From assembly GCA_019420085.1 (NCBI GenBank), contig JAHZHV010000234.1, positions 1 through 38,968 on the forward strand: a stretch of 38,968 bases of DNA, in the 5' to 3' direction. The notes beneath the pieces were generated by a model. It had not been told where the DNA came from. It saw nothing but the letters and a program-made list of their open reading frames with translations, and ran no database searches. Positions 32,927 to 38,968 of the stretch are shown in pieces. Each line of letters starts with the position of its first letter. The first letter of the stretch is position 1. The stretch comes from Christensenella sp. (lineage in GTDB: Bacteria > Bacillota > Clostridia > Christensenellales > Maliibacteriaceae). The position numbers were made by a program, and so were the translations under genes.

Positions 32927-32955
32927 ATCCTAATCATCTTTATATCGTTTGTCAA
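32927..32955 (-). promoter_or_regulatory. candidate sigma-A promoter of the sugar operon
   Basis: On the minus strand: TTGACA (32955-32950), 17 nt, then TAGGAT (32932-32927). This gives a 5' UTR of about 95 nt. Confidence 0.45.
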
Positions 32956-33107
32956 CATATAACTATTTCGGATAATCGGATAAGATGTGACTGAAAAAGC
33001 TCTCCTTTGTATCTTTTCATTCTCTACCCGTCTGCATCGTATCCGTATCATACTTTTTATTACGTCTATAAATAACTGTCATTTTAAATTCTCAAATACT
33101 TTTTTTA

Positions 33108-33142
33108 ATAAAAAAACAGTGTGGAAATCCACACTGTTTTTG
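33108..33142. terminator. bidirectional rho-independent terminator after the GGGtGRT gene
   Basis: AAAAAA, then ACAGTGTGGA-aa-TCCACACTGT, then TTTT. Confidence 0.8.
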
Positions 33143-33155
33143 ATCAAAATAGAGG

Positions 33156-34163
33156 TTACTTCTGCGCTTCTTCGACCGCAACAGCAACCGCAACGGATGC
33201 ACCGACCATGGGGTTGTTGCCCATGCCGATCAGACCCATCATTTCTACATGCGCGGGAACGGAAGAAGAGCCGGCGAACTGTGCATCACCATGCATACGA
33301 CCCATGGTATCCGTCATGCCATAGCTGGCAGGACCGGCTGCCATGTTGTCCGGATGCAGGGTACGACCCGTGCCGCCGCCGGAAGCAACGGAGAAATACT
33401 TCTTGCCGTTGTCATAGCACCATTTCTTGTAAGTGCCCGCAACAGGATGCTGGAAGCGCGTGGGGTTGGTGGAGTTACCGGTAATGGAAACGTCAACCTT
33501 CTCAAAGCGCATAATCGCTACGCCTTCGGAAACGTCGTCTGCACCATAGCAGCGAACCTGTGCATTAGGACCATCGGAATACGCCTTTTCTTCCACGATA
33601 TTCAGCGTACCGGTCGCATAATCATACTTGGTCTCTACAAACGTAAAGCCATTGATACGGCTGATGATCATTGCCGCATCTTTGCCAAGACCATTCAGGA
33701 TAACGCGAAGCGGCTGCTTGCGAACCTTATTTGCAGTCTTTGCAATGCCGATTGCACCTTCTGCAGCGGCAAAAGACTCATGACCTGCCAGGAAGCAGAA
33801 GCATTCCGTCTGCTCACGAAGCAGCATTGCGGCAAGATTTCCGTGACCCAAACCAACCTGACGCTGATCTGCAACGGAACCCGGGATGCAGAATGCCTGC
33901 AGGCCGATACCAATCGCAGCAGCGGCATCCGCAGCATTTTTGCAGCCCTTCTTCAGCGCAACAGCTGCGCCAAGGGTATACGCCCAGCAGGCGTTCTCAA
34001 AAGCAATGGGCTGAATGCCGCGCACAATCGCCGCAACATCAATACCCTTTTCTTTGCAGATTTTATCCGCATCCTCCAAAGAAGCGATGCCATATTCGGC
34101 CATGCAGGCTTCAATCTGCTTGATTCTGCGTTCATATCCTTCAAACTGTACCATGTTTTTCAC
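33156..34163 (-). CDS. GGGtGRT-family protein (function unknown)
   Basis: 335 aa carrying the family-defining ASGGGTGRTLHPDN motif. It has no TM or signal sequence. Confidence 0.8.
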   Translation of the reverse strand: MKNMVQFEGYERRIKQIEACMAEYGIASLEDADKICKEKGIDVAAIVRGIQPIAFENACWAYTLGAAVALKKGCKNAADAAAAIGIGLQAFCIPGSVADQRQVGLGHGNLAAMLLREQTECFCFLAGHESFAAAEGAIGIAKTANKVRKQPLRVILNGLGKDAAMIISRINGFTFVETKYDYATGTLNIVEEKAYSDGPNAQVRCYGADDVSEGVAIMRFEKVDVSITGNSTNPTRFQHPVAGTYKKWCYDNGKKYFSVASGGGTGRTLHPDNMAAGPASYGMTDTMGRMHGDAQFAGSSSVPAHVEMMGLIGMGNNPMVGASVAVAVAVEEAQK

Positions 34164-34175
34164 CTCTGCTGCGGA

Positions 34176-34868
34176 TTACTTTTTGCGGGGGTCGATGTAG
34201 GAGACAGCCTCGGCATAACGGCCATACGTGCCAATGTTCGCCTCATAAGCCTCTTTGGGATCCATACCCTTCTTGATGGCATCCATCATCTTGCCAAGAT
34301 GCACGAACTTATAACCGATCACTTCGCCGTCCTTGTCCAGCGCCATTTCAAGCACATAGCCTTCCGCCATTTCAAGATAACGGACGCCCTTTTCCTTCGT
34401 GCCATACATGGTACCGACCTGGCTGCGCAGACCCTTTCCAAGATCCTCCAAACCCGCGCCGATGGGCAGACCGTTTTCGGAGAAAGCCGTCTGCGTGCGG
34501 CCATAGACAATCTGCAGGAACAGCTCGCGCATAGCGGTGTTGATTGCATCGCAGACAAGGTCCGTATTCAACGCTTCCAGAATGGTTTTGCCCGTCAGCA
34601 CCTCGGCAGCCATTGCAGCAGAGTGCGTCATACCGGAGCAGCCAAGCGTTTCAACCAACGCTTCCTGAATCACGCCTTCCTTGACGTTGAGCGTCAGCTT
34701 GCAAGCGCCCTGCTGCGGTGCACACCAGCCAACACCGTGCGTCAAACCGGAAATGTCCTTAATCTCCTTGGCATGAACCCATGCGCCTTCTTCAGGAATG
34801 GGCGCCGGACCGTGATGGGGTCCTCTTTTTACACACACCATCTCGGCCACTTCTTTGGAATACTGCAT
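34176..34868 (-). CDS. NifU/IscU-N-like Fe-S scaffold-fold protein with a C-terminal extension
   Basis: Has IscU-like Cys-bearing segments (GWCAPQQGAC, ETLGCSGMTHSAAMA, LVCDAI). The start ATG 34868 follows AAGGAGGAAG. It lies 12 nt upstream of the GGGtGRT gene. Confidence 0.7.
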   Translation of the reverse strand: MQYSKEVAEMVCVKRGPHHGPAPIPEEGAWVHAKEIKDISGLTHGVGWCAPQQGACKLTLNVKEGVIQEALVETLGCSGMTHSAAMAAEVLTGKTILEALNTDLVCDAINTAMRELFLQIVYGRTQTAFSENGLPIGAGLEDLGKGLRSQVGTMYGTKEKGVRYLEMAEGYVLEMALDKDGEVIGYKFVHLGKMMDAIKKGMDPKEAYEANIGTYGRYAEAVSYIDPRKK

Positions 34869-34937
34869 GTGTCTTCCTCCTTGCATGAAGTCAAATTGCG
34901 TTCAAATAAGCCGCGTCATGTTTTCGCCGCTCTTTAG

Positions 34938-34975
34938 ATTATAGCACAGTTTGTCCTGCCGCGGTGCGCTTTTGA
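34938..34975 (-). promoter_or_regulatory. candidate extended -10 promoter of the NifU-like/GGGtGRT pair
   Basis: On the minus strand, TGcTATAAT (TATAAT = 34943-34938). The -35 is weak. Confidence 0.4.
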
Positions 34976-35010
34976 CATACTTTTGCCATATAAAACCGCG
35001 TTTTTTTGGT

Positions 35011-36120
35011 TTACACCTGAACAGGCAGTACCAGATACAAAAACTGTGCATCATCTGCAGGCTTCATCACACATGCGCCGACAGATGTCGTCATCTGCAG
35101 TACAGCTTCTTCGCACTCCAGTGCACGAAGCGTCTCTGACAAATAGCGAATATTAAATGCCATATCCAGTTCCTGCCCCTGCATGATACAGGAAACACGC
35201 TCGCGCACATTGCCTGCCTGAGAACGGGACGTCACAATTACAGCATCCGGTTCGAAATGCAGCATAACCAAATTTACCCTGTCATCCTGCGCAATCAGTT
35301 CCGCACGGGACACCGCTGCACGCAATGCTTCCACATCCACACGCGCCGTCGTTGTTGCATCGCGCGGAATAATTTGCTCATACCGGATAAAATCGCCTTC
35401 CAAAAGGCGCGTCATAACACGCGTTTCTCCCTTTTGAAGCATAAAGTTTTTTCCCTGTACATGCACAAGTACTTTTTCATCAGTATCACCGAGAATGCGC
35501 ATAATTTCAAGCAGCGCCCGTCCCGGCACAACACAGCGGCGCGCTTGGCACGGCGTCTGCAGTGTTACGGTGCGCATGGCGAATTTAAAACCATCCAGTG
35601 CAACCAGATTCATCTGTTGATCCTGCAATTCAATCAACTCACCGGTAAAGACAGGACGTGTATTATCCTGCGCAACGGCAAATACCGTTTGCCGAATGAT
35701 TGTCTTAAACTCTTTTTCTGAAATTTCTACGGCATTTTCATCAATGGATTCCGTCGCTTCGGGAAATTCAGAAGCATCAAGCGCCGTTAATGTCGTACGG
35801 GAATCCCGGCAGACAATTGTTACGGTATAGCTGCCCCCGTTTGCTTCTTCAATCGTAATGCATACATCATCTGCAGGAAGTCTGCGTACAACTTCCGAAA
35901 ACAGTTTTCCCGGCATTACGCAGGAAAATGCTTCCTCAAAATTTGCTGTAATACTGCTCTTAATAGAAAGTTTCAAATCAGTGCAGAATAATTCCAGGCG
36001 TCCGGCATCTCCTTTAAGACGAATGCCTTCAATCAGAGGAATCGATGTGCGGGTCGGCATTGCTTTGGTTACGATATTGATTGCCTCAAGAAGTTCACTC
36101 TGATTACAGATAAATTGCAT
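35011..36120 (-). CDS. dnaN: DNA polymerase III beta sliding clamp
   Basis: 369 aa. Begins MQFICNQSELLEAINIVTKA.P.R..IP and ends with the C-terminal LVLPVQV. Confidence 0.97.
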   Translation of the reverse strand: MQFICNQSELLEAINIVTKAMPTRTSIPLIEGIRLKGDAGRLELFCTDLKLSIKSSITANFEEAFSCVMPGKLFSEVVRRLPADDVCITIEEANGGSYTVTIVCRDSRTTLTALDASEFPEATESIDENAVEISEKEFKTIIRQTVFAVAQDNTRPVFTGELIELQDQQMNLVALDGFKFAMRTVTLQTPCQARRCVVPGRALLEIMRILGDTDEKVLVHVQGKNFMLQKGETRVMTRLLEGDFIRYEQIIPRDATTTARVDVEALRAAVSRAELIAQDDRVNLVMLHFEPDAVIVTSRSQAGNVRERVSCIMQGQELDMAFNIRYLSETLRALECEEAVLQMTTSVGACVMKPADDAQFLYLVLPVQV

Positions 36121-36505
36121 ATGCGTTCATCCTTTCCATATTCCGCTTCTTCTGTTCTTTGAAAATTGAATTTGTCTTTCGGTATCACAGCGAAGCCGTG
36201 TGGTTTTCTGTTTTCTTTTTTTATTGTCGTTCGTCGTAATAGGAGTAGGGATGTCCAAAATGTGGATAACTGCCACAAATCCCGCTGCACACTCGCTTTT
36301 TTCATCCACATTGCCGGTGGAAAGCTTTGGGATAAGCTGGTGGATTGTTCACGTTATCCACATTGTGCGTGTATGGTAAGATCATGTGTGAAAATCATAC
36401 ACAGGTTGTACACGTGGATTGTGTGTATGATGTGGATATCCCCTATGTTCCGATGCTGTCAGGCAGAAAGCTGCTTGATTCCATGGAACTGATATGGCAG
36501 AAGCA
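36121..36505. other. oriC, dnaA-dnaN part: DnaA boxes, candidate DnaA-trios and an AT-rich unwinding tract
   Basis: Perfect boxes are TGTGGATAA (36261-36269) and TTATCCACA (36354-36362). One-mismatch boxes are TCATCCACA (36302-36310) and TGTGGATAT (36431-36439). TAA-TAG-GAG-TAG lies at 36237-36248, next to a T-rich tract at 36204-36225. Confidence 0.75.
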
Positions 36506-37792
36506 TCAGGATTGCGTACCGCGGCGGATCATTTTCACGACATCTTCCAATGCAGATCGCATCTGCGGATCTGTACGCGTCAATTCGGTAATGCGCTCGT
36601 TGCCGTGCATGACGGTTGTATGATCGCGTCCGCCATAAAAGTGTCCGATTTCCTTTAATGATTTATCGGTATATTTGCGGCAAAGGTACATGGCAACCAT
36701 GCGGGCAAAGGCGATGTTCTGACTTTTTTTCTTGGAAAGAAGATCTTCTACACGTACGCCATAATACAGTGCAACCGAATCCGTAATTGATTCAATGGTA
36801 ATTTCCTGACTGACTTCTTTGGGCATAATGTCGTGCAAGGCAATTTCACACAACTTTACGGTAATGGGTTCTCCTGTCAGGCTGGAATAGCTCAGCACGC
36901 GCGTTAAATATCCTTCCAGTTCCCGGACGTTCGCATCACGGATGTTGGCAATAAAAAATATGGCGTCATCATCCATGGCAATGCGATCTGCCGCCAGTTT
37001 GCTTTTGAGAATGGCGACGCGTGTTTCAAGATTCGGCAATTGGATATCATAGGAAAGACCGGCAATAAAGCGCGATTTCAATCGTTCTTCCAAAGTGGAC
37101 ATATACTGCGGATGCAAATCACTGGTCAGAACGATCTGTTTGCTTGCTGCCTGCAATGCATTGAAGGTATGGAAAAATTCCTCCTGAGAAGCTGTTTTGC
37201 CGGCAATAAACTGGATATCGTCCACAAGAAGCACATCCACATGACGATAGCGATTGCGGAATTCCTCATTTTTCTTATTCTGAATGGCGAGAATCAGATC
37301 ATTGGTGAACTGTTCACATGTCACATACAGAATGCGGGCGCTGGGATTCTTCTCCTTGATTCGGTGGCCAATCGCATGCATCAAGTGCGTTTTACCTAAT
37401 CCGGGTCCGCCATAGATCAAAAACGGGTTGTATTTGGTTGGTTCCTCGGCAATCGCTTTTGCAGCTGCATAAGCAAGATTGTTATTGGAACCGACAACAA
37501 ACGTATCAAAGGTATATTTGGGATTTAAATTGGGCTCGTCAATTTCATTTTCAGCACCGAAGATGAAAACAGGACGATACATTTTTCCGCCGCTGACAGC
37601 ACGCAAGCCGTTGGAAAAAACGGAAACATACTGACTTTGCATAAAGTCCTGTGTGGAAGGGTTCGGTACGGTCATGACAAATTCATCGCCGTAAATTCCT
37701 TTGAACTTTAATTGGCGCACCCATGTGTCATAGCTGGAAAGCGACATATTGCTTCGCAGCCACAAAAGAAGGTCCTCCCATATCTGATCCAT
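36506..37792 (-). CDS. dnaA: chromosomal replication initiator DnaA
   Basis: Contains AAA+ Walker A (GGPGLGKTHLMHAIG), Walker B (LLVDDIQF) and a domain IV HTH (DHTTVMH). The start ATG 37792 (MDQIWEDLL) follows AAAGGAG. The track ORF start at 37930 lies inside the DnaA-box region. Confidence 0.96.
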   Translation of the reverse strand: MDQIWEDLLLWLRSNMSLSSYDTWVRQLKFKGIYGDEFVMTVPNPSTQDFMQSQYVSVFSNGLRAVSGGKMYRPVFIFGAENEIDEPNLNPKYTFDTFVVGSNNNLAYAAAKAIAEEPTKYNPFLIYGGPGLGKTHLMHAIGHRIKEKNPSARILYVTCEQFTNDLILAIQNKKNEEFRNRYRHVDVLLVDDIQFIAGKTASQEEFFHTFNALQAASKQIVLTSDLHPQYMSTLEERLKSRFIAGLSYDIQLPNLETRVAILKSKLAADRIAMDDDAIFFIANIRDANVRELEGYLTRVLSYSSLTGEPITVKLCEIALHDIMPKEVSQEITIESITDSVALYYGVRVEDLLSKKKSQNIAFARMVAMYLCRKYTDKSLKEIGHFYGGRDHTTVMHGNERITELTRTDPQMRSALEDVVKMIRRGTQS

Positions 37793-38015
37793 GATGCGCT
37801 CCTTTCCTGCATATGACGAAAATATCATTCCATGAATAATAGAAGAGAATTGTTGCCTGAATAAGTTATCCACATGGAAAAATGCGGAAGATACACACTT
37901 TGCGGTGTATATTTGATCGATCCAGAGCATACAATGTGGATAAGATGGGGGATATCCACAAAGTTATCCACATTTTCCACTGAAATTTGGGATAAAAGAG
38001 GATTGACAACGTCTT
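37793..38015. other. oriC, upstream part / dnaA promoter region with a DnaA-box cluster
   Basis: Perfect boxes are TTATCCACA (37866-37874), TGTGGATAA (37935-37943) and TTATCCACA (37964-37972). ATATCCACA (37952-37960) has one mismatch. Confidence 0.75.
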
Positions 38016-38915
38016 TTACTGTTGTTGCAGTGACGTTAATGCATCGTAAATACGTCCCAGATCATCCCGCGTAAAATACTGTAATGTAATGGTTCCCTTT
38101 TGCGAAGTGCCCTGTGCCTTGACTTTACAGCCAAGTGTATCGCGAAAAAGGTTTTCAACCAGAACTAAATCCGGATTAGTTGGACGCACACGTTTTTCTG
38201 CCGGCTTGTTCTCTGCGGCGCGACTGGCTGCAGCAAGTTCTTCTGCCTGACGTGCGTTTAGATTGCGCGTCATAATGATCTCAGCCAGTTCGAGCTGTTT
38301 TTCCGGTTCCAGTGCAATCAGAGGTCTGGCTTGTCCTTCGCTGAGTCTTCCGTCACGAACAAGCTGTTGAACGCGTGGAGCAAGACGCAACAGACGCAAT
38401 GTATTTGTCACCGCCGTGCGGCTCTTGCCAAGCCGTTCCGCAAGCTGAATTTGCGTTAAACCGTATTCCTGCATCAAGACATTCATGGAAGCAGCTGATT
38501 CAATCGCGTTAAGGTTTTCGCGCTGCAGGTTTTCTACGAGCGCAAGTTCAAGCAGCGTCTGATCTTCTACTTCACGAATAATGACAGGAACCGTAGACAT
38601 TTTTGCAAGCTTTGCTGCACGCCAGCGACGCTCACCGGAAATAATTGTGTAGCGTCCATTGCTTCCAGGGCGCACGACAATTGGCTGAATCATACCATAT
38701 AGCTTCAAAGAGGAGGCAAGCTCATTGAGCGCCTCCTCATCAAATTTTCGTCGAGGCTGATCGGGGTTGTTATCAATTTGAATAATCGGCAGTTCCAATG
38801 TTTCACGTGAAACAGGTGTTTGCGCCGTATCCATACGAATGGAAGCCTCAGAAGCGGTATTTTCACCAAAAAGAGCATCAAGACCGCGTCCCAGACCGCC
38901 ACGTTTTTGTGCCAT
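38016..38915 (-). CDS. parB: ParB/Spo0J chromosome-partitioning protein
   Basis: Contains LGRGLDALF and the ParB box GERRWRAAKLA, plus an HTH and a C-terminal dimerisation region. Confidence 0.95.
   Translation of the reverse strand: MAQKRGGLGRGLDALFGENTASEASIRMDTAQTPVSRETLELPIIQIDNNPDQPRRKFDEEALNELASSLKLYGMIQPIVVRPGSNGRYTIISGERRWRAAKLAKMSTVPVIIREVEDQTLLELALVENLQRENLNAIESAASMNVLMQEYGLTQIQLAERLGKSRTAVTNTLRLLRLAPRVQQLVRDGRLSEGQARPLIALEPEKQLELAEIIMTRNLNARQAEELAAASRAAENKPAEKRVRPTNPDLVLVENLFRDTLGCKVKAQGTSQKGTITLQYFTRDDLGRIYDALTSLQQQ
38799..38814. other. parS: parS centromere site
   Basis: TGTTTCACGTGAAACA is an exact match to the 16-bp parS consensus TGTTNCACGTGAAACA. It lies inside the 5' part of the parB coding sequence. 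Confidence 0.9.
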
Positions 38916-38916
38916 A

Positions 38917-38968
38917 TCAATTCTCCTTTACGCCGCGAATGTATTCGCGTGCCAGCTCCATATAGGCC
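38917..38968 (-). CDS. parA: ParA/Soj ATPase, C-terminal 16 codons (gene runs off the right edge)
   Basis: The reverse complement reads ...AYMELAREYIRGVKEN*, a typical Soj C-terminus (AY.ELA.E.I). The stop codon is 1 nt before the parB ATG. Confidence 0.6.
   Translation of the reverse strand, partial: AYMELAREYIRGVKEN

Noticed and set aside
33249-34937. 562-aa plus-strand ORF covering both the GGGtGRT and NifU-like genes
   Set aside because: It runs antisense across two well-supported genes and their intergenic spacer. It has no domain-like sequence and no RBS, so it is a shadow ORF.
20294-35010. Genomic island as a mobile element or prophage
   Set aside because: I could recognise no integrase, recombinase, transposase, phage structural gene, tRNA target or flanking direct/inverted repeats. 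The region is reported only as a synteny break, not as a mobile element.
37793-37930. N-terminal 46-codon extension of dnaA in the ORF track (start 37930)
   Set aside because: The extension overlaps DnaA boxes and has no RBS. The conserved DnaA N-terminus begins at MDQIWEDLL (37792), which has a good RBS.

Overview
This window is the replication-origin region of a spore-forming, Clostridia-like Firmicute chromosome. That assignment rests on gene content: CotF-type coat protein, PFOR, RemB/DUF370, and the dnaA-dnaN...recF-remB-gyrB-gyrA order.

Right end: parA (partial), parB with a perfect 16-bp parS inside its coding sequence, a DnaA-box cluster, dnaA, a second DnaA-box cluster with an AT-rich tract, then dnaN. 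The rest of the canonical origin block (recF-remB-gyrB-[DUF4349 lipoprotein]-gyrA) lies about 15 kb further left.

The gap between dnaN and recF holds three minus-strand accessory modules:
- A NifU/IscU-like protein plus a 'GGGtGRT' protein, a pair of unknown function with its own promoter and terminator.
- A ten-gene operon with overlapping stop/start codons: rfbF-rfbG-rfbH-gtrA, DmpF-like acetaldehyde dehydrogenase, DmpG-like 4-hydroxy-2-oxoacid aldolase, ALS/YerE-like ThDP enzyme, SDR, GtrB/ArnC-type GT2, and a large polytopic membrane protein. I read this as a pathway for a C-branched 3,6-dideoxyhexose (yersiniose-like, possibly with a longer side chain) coupled to Gtr-type extracytoplasmic glycosylation. 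It is the best candidate for an undescribed system.
- A split LysO/DUF340 exporter pair.

Left part: serC (partial), a GNAT acetyltransferase, a TcmP/LCM-type methyltransferase, a CotF-like coat protein, PFOR (nifJ), CsoR plus a small membrane protein, an XRE-TM-zinc-ribbon regulator divergent from an MBD-less CPC P1B-ATPase, a membrane-anchored alpha/beta hydrolase translationally coupled to a possible degenerate Fic-fold protein, YbjN, and a remnant of an LPXTG-type surface protein.

I recognised no rRNA or tRNA genes, CRISPR arrays, transposases, integrases or phage genes. All homology statements come from motif recognition by eye; no searches were run.
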